This document shows, piece after piece, positions 35,085 to 48,429 of a stretch of 64,000 nucleotides of DNA. The stretch covers positions 388,740,001 through 388,804,000 of the forward strand of contig OZ024741.1 in NCBI GenBank assembly GCA_964016885.1, in the 5' to 3' direction. Origin of the DNA: Eledone cirrhosa (Eukaryota). The notes below the pieces were generated by a model. It made no database searches, was not told where the DNA came from, and saw nothing but the letters and a program-made list of their open reading frames with translations. The translations under genes were made by a program, and so were the position numbers. The first letter of the stretch is position 1; each line of letters begins with the position of its first letter.

Positions 35085-36775
35085 ATGGGAGGCAAGAATT
35101 TACAAGAGTCTGGTTCTGGACTGCCAAAATCAAATCATCAAATCAGTGGTTTAACTTCAAGAGAGTTTGCAAGAGAGACAAATTATGACATCACAAAGTT
35201 GGTTGTATTTGTGAATGAACATGAGCCTAAATGGACAATACTGTGCATATTATGAAATCATTTCATCAGTCAGAGGAATTTTCTTTCTTGATGTTCCCGG
35301 TGGCACAGGTAAAGCATTTGTAACAACATTGCTTCCCTCCAAGGTAAGGCAACAAAAAAGAATTGCATTTGCTGTAGCATCGTCTGGCATTGCTGCCACC
35401 CTTCTCCCAGGAGGACAAACAGCTCTTTCTGTTTTTAAATTACTGCTAAACCTGGTCACAAATGACAGTTTAATTTGTAACATAAGCAAAGGCTCAGGTT
35501 CAGCCGAAGTGTTGCACAAATGCCACCTAATCATTTGACATGAATGCACCATGTCACATAGAGGTGCAATGGAAGCTCTTGATAAGACTTTACAGGACAT
35601 AAGAGGCAACAATAAATCTATGGGAGGAGATAAAATAATTTTATCAGGAGACTTCAGACAGACATTTCTAGTCATTCCGAGAGGAACAAGAGCTGAGGAA
35701 ATAAAAGCAGGCATTAAGTCTTCACAGCTATGGAATAAAGTACAGTATTTCTCCTTCAATACTAACATGTGAGTTTTATTACACAGGGACCAATGTACAG
35801 AGCAATTTTCAACCCAACTCCTTCAATTAGGAAATGGGAAGTACCAATTGATGGCAATGGTGATATCAATTTGGCTCATATTGCTATTATGGTGTATTCC
35901 CCAGCTGAATTGAAGAACAGGGTATTTCCAGACTTAAGTAATCATTATAATTTACACAAACGGTTGCGTGAAAGGGCAATTATTGCTTTAAAAAAAAATG
36001 AGACTAGCTAATGAATAAGATTCCAACAGTAATTAAGAAGTATAAATCAGTTGATTCAGTCCTTAATGAAAATCAAACTGTCCACAATCCAACAGAGTTT
36101 ATTCTGTTGAGTCACCCGTAACTCCTCCACATCAACTTTTCCTGAAGTTTAAAGTCCCAATAATGCTTCTAAGAAATTTAGATTCCCCTAAATTATGCAC
36201 TGGGACAAGGTTGATTGTGAAGACATTATCACCTAATGTGATAGAAGCTACCATCAACAGTGGGTGTGCTTCTGGGGAAGATATTTTTATTACAAGAATT
36301 CCAATCAAACCAACAGACATGCCATGTAAATTCAAATGAACACAATTCCCAGTGCGACTTTGCTTCACAATGTCTATCAATAAAGATGAAGGTCAGACTT
36401 TGAAATCTATTGGCTTCCTCTTAAATAAGCCTTGTTTTTTTCATGGTCAACTTAACGTTGGTTGTTCTAGAGTGGGTAGTGAACAAGACTTATTTGTCAA
36501 TGTTCCAAACTAGAAAACAAAGAATGGTTACCCAAAAGCTCTTGCACAATTTCCTTCAACATATGTGATAGAATTTATCTCCCCACATAAAAGTGGTAAA
36601 TTTTGTATTTTCATTTTTTATTAATTTTTGTATTATGAATTCAGAATTGATTTCATCATGTAACTCAATTGAAGAATAAATGGAATTTAGAATAACAAAT
36701 TTCTATACATGTTTTGCTTTCTTCTAATATATAAGAAACACTTTCATTCCCGAGCAATGCTGGGTTCCTCTGTTA
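35085..36775 (+). mobile_element. Helitron 3' fragment (PIF1-like helicase pseudogene + 3' hairpin)
   Basis: FFLDVPGGTGK, AVASSGIAATLLPGG, LSGDFRQ, MLLRNLD..LCTGTRL, QFPVRLCFTMSINK..GQT and HGQLNVGCSRV; degenerate terminal hairpin CCCGAGCAATGCTGGG at about 36748. Confidence 0.88.
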
Positions 36776-37399
36776 AAGGGCCTGTGGTTGGCCCTTTATC
36801 TATTTGTCTGTGTGCCTGTCTGTCATACACAGCACAAAGAGCTTTGTTGTGGTAACTTGTCTTGCTAGAAATGACTGAAATAAAAACTTAGCTTTTACAA
36901 CACATACACATATTGATTTGTACCTATCTATGTATTACTCTTTCTGTCTCTATGTATTCCTATCTATCTATCACCAAGTACAGAAAGCATTCTTCAAAGG
37001 AAAATCAACTGGATTTGTCTAGTACTAAAATAAAATTGGAAAAATAATTGAAAATAGAAGGATGTATAAGATAATGCAGTTCTAAATACACAATGATACC
37101 ATCTCCATGAAAACCACAGTCAAGTTAGTGTTAACACAGTCAAGACTTTTACTACCAAACCATTTGAAATTGCCACTGGTTTTATGGAACAAGGCTATTT
37201 ATTTTTAAATATTCATATTTAAATTGAAATGTTCCATTATAATTCTATGTAAGAGCCTTTGTTAAATTGTGCTCCAAACACCAGCTTAATAATGGCAAAG
37301 TTAGATTTCTAAATCCATCCAAATTCTTGATTATTTTCAAAATCATTAGAAAATCATAGGCAGTTTCTTTCATTAGAAATATGGTAACAAAAGGCTTAA

Positions 37400-37620
37400 C
37401 CCTTTAGCATTTACATTACTCTATATTTACTGTTGTATTTTTTGCAATAAACACTTTATCTCGCATAATTATCTCACCTGATATCGAATCTACGAGATTT
37501 CGATATTATTTATTTTGAGTACAAACCTTAAAGTCGATATGAGGGGCAAGTTATGGCCAGTTCATACAGAAAGAAGTGAGAGAATTCTGGCCAGATGCAG
37601 CCAGTTTAAATACTAAAGGA
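37400..37620. mobile_element. piggyBac-like MITE
   Basis: TTAA|CCCTTTAGCATTTA ... TAAATACTAAAGGA|TTAA. Confidence 0.75.
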
Positions 37621-37852
37621 TTAAAGCACAGAAAAATAAAAAGCCAACTAGAAATAAGTACATGGTGAGGAAACAGAAAAAAAACAATATTATTTAATGA
37701 GCAATATTATTTTTATTATTTTGGTAAATATGAAAGACAACCTGGATATGTTCTGATTTTATTATGGCCTCATCAATGAAGTATAATACACTTCTTGAAG
37801 ATTTGGTGATTCTTCTATTACTACTTTGGCAAGGAGGGTGAAGTCTGTTTCA

Positions 37853-37889
37853 CTGATGAGGTCATGATAAGACCAAAACATGTCCAGAG
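37853..37889 (+). ncRNA. Degenerate hammerhead motif
   Basis: CTGATGA-GGTC(atgataa)GACC-AAAAC(at)GTC; GAAA reads AAAA and stem I is unpaired. Confidence 0.4.
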
Positions 37890-37934
37890 TTGTCTCCCAT
37901 ACTTGCTGAAATAATAATAACAACATCATCATCA

Positions 37935-38225
37935 TCAATGATAATGAAGCAAGAAATAAAGCAAATTTTGGAATTGAATAGGGTGGCAGTGATTCTGGTA
38001 GTTGGTGGAGCTCTTGGTGTTATGACAAAGGGGATGCAAAGGTTGATTTCAAAGATTGGTGTTGAAATGTGTATTGGGTTGCTGCAAAAGACTATACTCC
38101 TAGAAATATCCATAATGTTGAGAAGGGTACTACAAATGTAGTGGTTGATGAGAAACTGCAGGAACCTTGGTCACTTGTTATGACCTGTTCCAGGGTAAAT
38201 TTGATGACAGCAGAGTATGAAGAAA
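37935..38225 (+). mobile_element. Old R4/Dong 3' end fragment
   Basis: VILVVGGALG..LLQKTILL..MLRRVL*, followed by (TAC)n(TAA)n. Confidence 0.65.
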
Positions 38226-38308
<83 letters not shown>

Positions 38309-38309
<1 letters not shown>

Positions 38310-39666
38310 GGGGTAAATTGAGCAGAAGCAATGGAATCCAGGTACCAACAGGTGAGATGATAAAGGAAATTGACACTGAAGAAAGATACAAGTATTTGGG
38401 TGTTCTGGAGGCTGATGACACCAAGAACAAAAAAAAATGAAGGAATTGATAAGATCTGAATACCTTCGGAGAGTAAGGAGCGTATTAAAGTCACATCTGA
38501 ACAGTAGGAATGCCATAAGTGCATTAAATTCCCGCGCTGTGTCTATTATTAGGTACAGTGCAGGAATTCTGAGATGGAATGTTGCTGAACAAAAAGAAAT
38601 GATTAGGAAGACTAGGAAGCTATTGACTATCTACAATATGTTCCAGAAGAGGAGTGATGTCGATAGACTCTACTTAAGAAGTTCTGAAGGTGGAAGAGGT
38701 CTTATCAGCATAGAGGACTGTGTTCAGATGGAGAAAAACAACCTACACAAATACGTGACTGATAGTAAGGAGCCAATGCTCAGAATTGTACTGAAGGAGA
38801 GGACAATAGACCAGGGGATGACCAAGGAGGAAATAACAACATGGAGAAAGAGCAGCCTTCAGGAAAATTCCCTACATAGTACCTTCTTTGAGAACTGAAT
38901 TCAGAGGTCCACAGACATGGAACTGGTTGAAAAGAGGAGACCTTAAAAAGGCTACAGAAGGAATGCTAATGGCTGCACAAGAGCAGGCCCTCAAAACGAA
39001 GTGGTTGAAACACCATATTTATAAGGAGGAGGCTAGCCCACTGTGCAGGATCTGTGGAGGGAGAGAGGAGACTGTGGCTCACATTGTATCTGAGTGTAAA
39101 CAGCCCAGACTCACTATAAGGGCTGGAGACATGATGTGATGGGCAGGGTGATCCACTGGCGCCTATGCAAAGTAAACAATTTACCACATTCTGAGAAGTG
39201 GTATGAGCATAAGCCAGAGTCGGTGATAGAAAACGATCAGCTGAAGGTGCTGTGGGATTTTAGGATACAGACGGACAAGAAACTGGAACACAATAGACCT
39301 GACCTGGTGGTTTTGGACAAGGAAAAAAGATCGTGCCTGATTGTAGATGTGGCCTGCCCATTCGACACGAGAGTGCAAGAGAAGGAGAGGGAGAAAATTA
39401 ACCGATACCAGGACTTAAAGTGGGAGGTAAAAAGGATTTGGAACTGCCATGAAGTCAAAGGCGCACTAGGTACTATCTCAAAAGGTTTCCAGGGTTGGTT
39501 AAAGAAAATTGGCCCCGCCACGCTTTTTGGAACGCTTCAAAAGGCATGCTTGCTGGGAACAGCAAGAACCGTCCGATACGTCCTGAATATCTGAGGCTGC
39601 AGGTAGTGGCTTGATATTCATTTCAACAAACTTTCCAGTTAACTAACATCAATGACTGAGACTCAA
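38309..39666 (+). mobile_element. 5'-truncated R4/Dong-clade LINE in (TAA)n
   Basis: YKYLG, LNSRNAI, AAQEQAL, CRIC..ETVAHIVSEC and HNRPDLVV.D..DVACPFD; (TAA)n on both sides. Confidence 0.9.
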
Positions 39667-39671
39667 ATAAC

Positions 39672-39732
<61 letters not shown>

Positions 39733-39757
39733 GTAATAATAATAATAATAGTAATAA

Positions 39758-40272
39758 AGTAAACAATTTACCACATTCTGAGAAATGGTATGAGCATAAG
39801 CCAGAGGCGGTGATAGAGAACGATCAGGTGAAGGTGCTGTGGGATTTTAGGATACAGACAGACAAGAAACTGGAACACAATAGACCTGACCTGGTGGTTT
39901 TGGACAAGGAAAAAAGATCGTTCCTGATTGTGGATGTGGCCTGCCCATTCGACACGAGAGTGCAAGAGAAGGAGAGGGAGAAAATTAACCGATACCAGGA
40001 CTTAAAGTGGGAGGTAAAAAGGATTTGGAACTGCCATGAAGTCAAAGTGATCCCGATTGTCATAGGCGCACTGGGGACTATCTCCCAAAGTTTCCAGGGA
40101 TGGTTAAAGAAAATCGGCCCCTTCACGCTTTTTGGAACGCTTCAAAAGGCATGCTTGCTGGGAACAGCAAGAACCCTCCGATACGTCCTGAATATCTGAG
40201 GCTGCAGGTAGTGGCTTGATATTCATTCCAACAAATTTTCCAGTTAACTAACATCAATGACTGAGACTCAAG
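39758..40272 (+). mobile_element. Second R4/Dong 3' fragment (same family as 38309-39666)
   Basis: Near-identical to 39170-39666 but retains 18 bp (VIPIVI) that the upstream copy has lost. Confidence 0.9.
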
Positions 40273-40499
40273 GAGTAATAACAGTAATAATAATAGTAAT
40301 AATAATAATGATTTCTTTATTGGCCACAAGGGCTGACATCAAGAAAAACATTACAGACGGCACAGGACGGTACAGGACGGTACAATGTGGGTTTTGTGTG
40401 TGTAAAGATTTTTATTATTTATATAGAAAAGAAAAAAAAGACATAGAAACATATATATATAAACAATAAAAATGAAAATTGAAACAATGATAATAATAA

Positions 40500-40720
40500 T
40501 AGAAACCCGCGTATAGGAGAAATACAAAAGATAGTACGAATGGCAACTGCCCATATACTAAGGAAGATTCTTTCAATATAAGTACATCACAAGTCTAAAC
40601 ACCTAAAGATGCATGTGTATGTATGTTCTTTCTTGAACATGGCGGACCTTGTTGTCTCTTGAGGTCACTGGTTGTGACTTGGTGATAACTCATATGAACA
40701 TAAAGGAAGATAAATGCAAC

Positions 40721-40777
<57 letters not shown>

Positions 40778-42732
40778 CACAGTTGGATTGAAAAATGTTT
40801 AGAGATTTTCGAAATATCTCCAGGTTCCTGTCATTCAGTATGAAGACATGGAAAACGACACTCCTTTTGAATAGTGAAAAAAAATCACTGGAAGCTGGAG
40901 AAGTTAATATTAATTGTGGAATTTTTCAGAGTGACTCTTTATCACCGTTTTTATTCTGCATCGCACTTATACCATTAAGTAAAATGCTCAATGAAACAAA
41001 ACATGGATATAAAGTCTATGACAAAACCATTAATCACTTGTTCTACATGGATGGCCTGAAACTATTTGCAAAAAAATGATGAGCAATTGCAAGGGCTATT
41101 ATCCATTGTGAAGCAGTTCAGTGATGATATTAAAATGGAGTTTGGACTAGATAAATGCACCAAAGCCACGTTCACCAGAGGAAAGATGCTGAAAAGTTCA
41201 GACATTAATCTTGATTGGGAGAATGTGATAAGAGAACTTGATCAAGAGGAAACTTACAAATATCTAGGTGTTTGTGAAGGAGACGGAATCAAGCACTCAA
41301 CAATGAGAGAAAGGATACGGAAGGAATGTTACCGCAGAGTAAGAGCAATCTTAAGAACGGAGTTGAATGCAAGGAATAGGATTAATGCCATAAACACGCT
41401 TGCCATACCAGTAGTAACCTACAGTTTCAATGTCATCAACTGGTCAAGCACAGAGATCCGTAGGCTCGATACAAAAATTCGAAAATTCTTAACCATGCAC
41501 AGAATGCATCATCCTAAGGCTGATACAGATAGAATATATCTCCCTAGGAAAGAAGGAGGATGTGGATTAATCCAGTTAGATATTGCTGTGAAAACTGCAA
41601 CAATTGGATTATCTAAATATCTAAGGAAGGCACATGATTGGATGTTTAAACATCGTTTTGAAAAAAGAAAGCATCAAAAGATCATACTCCATTACAAAAG
41701 TTGCACAAAGATACAGTAATGAACTACAAATTTCAGAAGTTCCGTTTACTGCTGAAATGAAAAACACAGAAAAAGCAAAGCAGGTAAAAGTAACTGCAAA
41801 GAAAGAACTGCTACAGAAACTGGCTAAGAAATGGCAAGAAAAGCCTCTGTATGGAAAATACCCAGAAAGAGCTAACAATCCTGATGTTGACAAAACTTTA
41901 GCCCATCAGTGGTTGGCATCCTCTGGACTGAAATCGGAGACTGAAGGACTGATTATATCAGCACAAGATCAGTGTCTGCCAACAAAAAATTATCAAGCCA
42001 ACATAATAAAAATTGGATGCAATTCATTATGCCGTGTATGTAAAAAACAACCAGAGACCATTGATCATATAATTTCAATGTGCAGTCCTATAGCTCCAAC
42101 TGAATACCTAAACAGGTACGACAGAACTGCACAATACATACACTGGATAATGTGTAAGCATTTTGACCTGCCCCATCAAAAGAATTTGTGGGAACATCAA
42201 CCACCTCCCGTACTTGAAAAAGATCACATCTCAATGTGGAACTTTAGCATCCAAACAGACCAAAAGATAGATGCAAATAGACCTGATAAAATACTGAAGG
42301 ACTTTAAAAAGAGGGTATACCTGCTAATTGATATGTCCATTCCAATAGACAAGAATGTATCTATAAAAACATTTGTAAAATTGAGCAAGTATAAAGACCT
42401 GGAGATAGAAATTGGAAAAATGTGGAAGTTGAGAACTAAAACAATACCAGTGGTTGTAGACGCTCTGGGAATGATACCTAAGGGGTCTAATGATTACTTA
42501 TCGCAAATCCCAGGAAACCCACGTATAGAAGAAATACAAAAGATAGTACTAATGGGAACTGCCCATATACTAAGGAAGATTCTGTCAATATAAGTACATC
42601 ACAAGTCTAAACACCTAAAGATGCATGTGTATGTATGTTCTTTCTTGAACATGGCGGACCTTGTTGTCTTTTGAGGTCACTGGTTGTGACTTGGTGATAA
42701 CTCATATGAACATAAAGGAAGATAAATGCAAC

Positions 42733-42789
<57 letters not shown>

Positions 42790-43014
42790 CACAGTTGGAT
42801 TGAAAAATGTTTAGAGATTTTCGAAATATCTCCAGGTTCCTGTCATTCAGTATGAAGACATGGAAAACGACACTCCTTTTGAATAGTGAAAAAAAGATGC
42901 ATGTGTATGTATGTTCTTTCTTAAACATGGCGGACCTTGTTGTCTCTTGAGGTCACTGGTTGTGACTTGGTGATAACTCGTATGAACATAAAGCAAGATA
43001 AATGCAACTATAAT
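40500..43014 (+). mobile_element. R4/Dong-clade LINE (another family) as a permuted head-to-tail array
   Basis: ORFs 40795-41079, 41066-41719 and 41634-42593 carry RT and RLE motifs. The 3' UTR occurs three times, and the same 5' truncation junction occurs at 40776 and 42788. Confidence 0.88.
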
Positions 43015-43105
43015 AATTGTTTCTACTATTGGCACAAGGCCAGCAATTACCCAGTACATTACTGGTAATTTATTTTATCGACCCCGTAAGGATGAAAGGC
43101 AAACT
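43015..43105 (-). mobile_element. 5'-truncated family-A SINE
   Basis: 3' half of the SINE inserted into a TAA tail. Confidence 0.8.
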
Positions 43106-43974
43106 GTAATAATAATCTTATATTAAGTCTGATGTCGAGTCCAGCAGTAACACCCAAAGCTGTGAAAAGGAGATAATAATAATAATAATGTTGTTCATTG
43201 ATTAAGATTGATTTTTTTTTCTTCACTGCATAATTATTTGTAGCTTTTTATTGTTTCCTGCAGTAAATGTGTTAACAATGTGTGGATACACCATGGCTGG
43301 AATGTCACAGTTAAAACAGCTTTGATCATTGGTAGGTCTTCTGGATTAAAGATGGCCTGTAGTTGTAAAAATAGCAGCAACAGCAACAATGGCAACAATA
43401 ATGACAACGGCATCAACTAAAACAGCTTTGGTCATAGGTCTTCTGGATCAAGGATGTCTTGGGATTGAAAAAACACAGCAGCAATAGCAACAATGGCAAC
43501 AATAACAACAACAGCAGCAACAATGGCGACAACAAAAACAAAAATGCTGTCTGTGACAATGATAAGAACAGGAACAACAACAACAGCAATGCTATCAGTG
43601 ATGATGGCAACAGCAACAACATCTCCACAATCACCAACGAAAGTAACAACAGCATCAGCAATTTGGAATTAAGCAGACTTAGGCCATTGAGTTGACGATT
43701 GTCTTTGGCATGGCTCAATCTTAATAAACAAAGCAGTCACATTTTAAAGATTATTTTGTTGACTTAGATAATGATTTGGGTGAGACAATACTAAAATATG
43801 GAATTTATAAGGAATTTCCTGGAATCTTTTTCATCAAATGAATAATCTGCCAGCAGCATTCACTGAAGAAAGCATTCTTTGATAGTTATCAATCTTTTTG
43901 TGGTTCCTTGTATATATACTTCAACCCCACCCTCAGATTTGTAGAAGAGGAAGAGAGGAATTTAAGAAGAAGAA

Positions 43975-44007
<33 letters not shown>

Positions 44008-44082
44008 TGTATAGAGGGGAGAAAATTGCAAATTGCAATGTACATGTATGTGTGTGTGTATATATATTTATATACACACACA

Positions 44083-45080
44083 GAGGTGCAATAAGTAACA
44101 AGTGCCCACAGGATACTAGTTCCTTCTATTGCCCAGATGGTTCTATAGAAATAGTGGGCACTTTCCGTTACCTGGGTGACAAAATCAGCAGTGGTGGAGG
44201 GTGCTCTGAAAGTACAGTAGCCAGAGTCAGAACGGGATGGAAAAAGTTCAGAGAGCTTATACTGCTGTTGGCCACAAAAGGTTTCTCTCTAAAAATGAAA
44301 GGCAGTGTTACATGGCAGTGAGACATGGGCATTGCGTGCAGAAGACCTGCATAGACTGGAAAGGAACGATGCATGCATGCTTCGTTTTATGTGTAATAGT
44401 AATATACGTGAACGGCAAAGCATAAATGAACTAAGTGAGAAATTAGGAATAAGAGGGATCAGACGCTGTTTACTTGAGAGAAGACTACATTGGTATGGTC
44501 ACGTGATGCGCATGAAAGACGACAGCTGTATAAAAAAATGCAGGGCAATCAAAATTGATGGAAGTTACGGAGTAGGTAGACCCAGAAAAACCTGGGACGA
44601 TCTGATAAATTCCGACCTTACACACTTGCACCTCTCCAAGACAATGTCACTGGACTGAGATCTTTGGTGCTACGCAGTAATACAGAAGACCCGCCTTGCC
44701 TATGTACCAACCTACAGTCAGTAGGCACCTCTTAACCAAATATACACCCCAATCCACTACTCCTACTCTATCCTCCCACTCCCACCAACACCACCCTCTC
44801 TCTGTAAAGTTGGTACTACAACATCCAGCCCAAATAAATGAGATAATGAGATCGAGGTCGTGTAGGTGTCACGACAAAAAACACACAGTCCACGCTGTAA
44901 TGTGGTCGTGTAGGTAACACGGTAAAAAGTTCCCAGTCCACACTGTAAAGTGGTTGGTGTTAGGAAGGGCATTGGTGTTAGACACGGTCACTCGACCAAC
45001 CTTGCCTCAAGTGGGACAACTCCCGTCTAACCCATGCTAGTGTGGAAGATAGACGTTAAACAAAGATGATGATGATGATG
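44083..45080 (+). mobile_element. 5'-truncated RTE LINE (same family as 603-1654)
   Basis: FRYLG, LHGSETW, RLHWYGHVM and GRPRKTW; an internal deletion near 44302; tail (GAT)n. Confidence 0.9.
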
Positions 45081-45429
45081 ACACATACGTGCACATTGCA
45101 ATTTGCAAGATATATATATACAGAGAGAGAGAGTGTGTGTGTGTGTATGTGTGTGTATGAGAGAAAGAGAGAGAGAGTGTGTGTGTGTGTATGAGAAAGA
45201 GAGAGAGATAAAGAGTATAAATAATGAGAGAGTCTATATTTGATACAACATAATACAATATTAATTACTCAGATCCCTTACATAATATGTAATTAAAAAT
45301 GTACTAATTTGATAAATGATATTTGGCTCTCTTATCTAGTTTCTCTTATCTATGTTATGTCATCATTGTTTTTTTACACCCACTCATGCTTGTAGGGATT
45401 AAACAAGAGTTTATTCAGGCAGTTTGTCT

Positions 45430-48060
45430 ATGGCAGGACACTTTTTCTGTCACCCCCTTGCCTGGTGCCAGTGGCCAGCTGTCCATACAGGATGTCTTTT
45501 AGCAACCACCCATCTTCCATATACCAAATATGTCCTAACCAACGAAGACGGCACTGACTCAGCAGGGAATATATGCTGGGAATCCTGGCACACTGTAGGA
45601 TGTCATTGTGTGGGATATGGTCCTGCCAGCTTATAGTAAGCCCAAACTTCTGACAAGCATCAGCAAAGTGATCACTCAGTCTGGTGAGTTTCCTCAGAGT
45701 GAGTCACAAGGGCTGCGTCATCAGCGAAAAGCATCTCCCTGATGAGCACCTTTCTCACCTTAGTCTCTGAGCACAGCTGTGATAGATTAAAGAGTTTCCC
45801 GTTTGATCTGGTGAGTAGGTAGACACCATCATTGGATGTGTCAAAGGCATAGGACAGGAGCAGGGAGAAGAATATACCAAAGAGGGTTGGCGCCAGCCCA
45901 CTGCCCTTCTTAACACCATTGTTGATGGGGAAGAGATACAAGGAGGATCCATCATACAGGACTGTTCCCTTCATGTCAAAGCCCTTAGTGAGGTCTATGG
46001 ACATCATATAGAGCGGCTGGCCCTGCTCTCTGCACTTCTCCTGAATCTGACAGAGGGAAAAGACCATGTTGTTTGTTGATCTACCAGTATCATTGGTGCA
46101 CTATCTAGCGATGTATTGAATAGTGCTTCGAGCATCTCCGATGGCTGCGAGCATCTCCGATGGCTGCGAGCATCTCCGATGGCTGCGAGCATCTCCGATG
46201 GCTGCGAGCATCTCCGATGGCTGCGAGCATCTCCGATGGCTGCGAGCATCTGCACATTTGGCATCTTTTGTGTGTCAAGGAGGCTCCACCTTTGTTTTCT
46301 ATTGCTGGTTCCATCTTTGGTAGGTGTGCACTGAACCAATCCTGACTGGGTCATTCCTTCTTGCTAAATGTGGACATGGCTGAACTGTAAATGGCATCCT
46401 TCATGGCGTCACATTTCATTGAGGCAGGTCCTGGAGAGCTTGGTTCAGGATAGATATATATTCTTCCACCTTAAAGAGAACACACATCTGTTCAGTGTTG
46501 ATACAAGGGTGACCCTTTTGCTTGGAGCAGTGTAGTGTGCAGGGTTGTAGGCATACTTTCTCACTGACAATTGTCGGTGTCATAGTCTGCGTTGTGGTAG
46601 CTTCGGGTGACAAGGACACTGCTGAGAGCTGAGCGTCTGGTGATGATCAGGTCAAGTTGGTGCCAGCGATGAGATTTGGGGTGCCTCCATGACATTTTGT
46701 GTTGTGGTTTCAAAGAAGGGGTTTGTGATGAAAAGGTCATGGTATGTTCACAGTTCCAGTAGTCTCTGACCATTCTCATTGATTTTTCCAGTGCCATGGT
46801 GTCCGAGGCAAGTAGGCCATGACATGTGATCTGAACCTACTCTAGCATTGAAGGCACCCAGCAGAAATAGAGACTCATCTTTTGGGCATCCCTGGACAAG
46901 TTCATCAAGTTTCCCGTAGAACTGGTCTTTTGTGTCTTCTGGTGAGGTGAGGGTAGGAGCATGAACACTAATGATCTTGACAGGGCCTGCAGCAGTACTA
47001 AGATGGATAAAAAGTAGCTGTTCTGTGCCCCCTGAGGGAGGCTCTACAGAAGCCAGGAGGGTGTTTTGATGGCAAACCCAACTCCATGCTGGCAGGGCTC
47101 CTCAGGTTCTTTTCCCTTCCAGAAGAAGATGTAGTTCTTCTCTCTGAAAGAGCCACTGGTGGTGAGTTTAGTTTCTTGAAGGGCAGCTATGCTGATGCTG
47201 AGTCTAGAGTGCTCTCTGTCAATGATGGCTGTCTTCCTTGTGTTGTCCTCATCTCTAAGATCATTGGAGATGCCTGTGCACATGGTGCACATGTTCCAGC
47301 CTGCAAGTTGAAGAGCTGGAGTCTTCTTTGATTTGTTTTGTGTAAATTTATTTTTGTCTGTTATAGGGTTCCCATCTGCTTGTTGTGCATGTCAATACAC
47401 TTAGCTCCAGGCACCCACTGAAGCAGGCAAACATTGGCAGGACGATACTATAATGACTGGGGGGGGGGGGGGGCACCCGGCTTGAGGCAGACAGTAGTTG
47501 TCCATTGGGATACAATGATCCCTCCCACCATCAAAGCTGACATGTGGCACCCCATTCCCTACACCAATCAGGGTTTGGACTTATAATTTGTAAACTGCCA
47601 GCTTCCGTGTTATTTCCTCGCATGAGAGTGAGGTTGGAGTATGGAGATCCTGGGTTGCTCAGTCATCAGGGTCCCCATCTTGGCCTTACTGGTGGGATCC
47701 ATAGGAATGCGGAGCATGACATTTGGCACCATCTTGGCTGCAGGAGCTGCCAAAAGAGTGTTTGCAAGACACTTGTCTGCTTTTCGGGCTCCACTCATAA
47801 TTTGTAAAGTTTACTCCTCTAAACGTGGCCATTGAGTCAAACATGGACTTCTTCCACCCTGGTCGTTGGCAGTCAGGTGCAGCTCCTCCACCCAGTGGAG
47901 CAGTGTAAACACCCCCTCACGTGGTTTACCTCACCAGCTGAAGCGGTGAACTGGGGTGTAGCGTTAGGAGCCAGCACATGAGAGATTTAGGAGGTGGATG
48001 AGAACCTATTTGCCTGCCCATCCCACCATGTAGGTAGAGTACAGCTGCCAGACAACAAAG
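45430..48060 (-). mobile_element. RTE-BovB-like LINE, internally deleted (5' UTR, APE, RT)
   Basis: WNMCTM..IAALQETKL, GVGFAI, SWRHPKSHRWHQLDLII, IDLTKGFD, LAPTLFGIFFS and MLFADDAAL. Confidence 0.88.
46130..46251. repeat. 19-bp perfect minisatellite (GAGCATCTCCGATGGCTGC) x6.4
   Basis: Seen directly; contiguous units with no spacers. Confidence 0.95.
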
Positions 48061-48429
48061 GTGCTATCTCTATCCATCTATAGTATATATATATATTGTG
48101 GTAAGATATATAGTTTATATAGGACATAAACCAACATTCCTGTTTGCTTTAAACATTGTTGCTTTAAACATTGTTGCTTTAAACATTGTTGCTATGAAGA
48201 TGCATGCAATACACACTCATACATTCACATATATGACAGGCGTCCTAATAGTTTCCATCTATCTTGTAATTCATGTAAAAGGTATTGGTCCACCTGAGGC
48301 TATAATAGATGACAGTTGCTTAAGATGCCCCAAAGTGAGATGGAACCTGAAACCACATGGTTGTGAAATGAACTACAATTAGCATGTGTTGTTATTTTTT
48401 TTCAAATTAATGAATTAGCCATGCCTAGC

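Noticed and set aside
35215-36500. Host PIF1 helicase gene
   Set aside because: Intronless, riddled with stops and frameshifts, and followed by a Helitron-type 3' hairpin.
43310-43640. Asn-rich ORF 43459-43695
   Set aside because: It is a degenerate (CAA)n tract following a ~110-bp local duplication, with no coding evidence.
46130-46251. CRISPR-like array
   Set aside because: The units are contiguous with no unique spacers, there are no cas genes, and the context is a eukaryotic TE.
47800-48060. HDV-like ribozyme expected at an RTE 5' end
   Set aside because: A nested double pseudoknot could not be assembled by eye; it needs an RNArobo/Infernal search.
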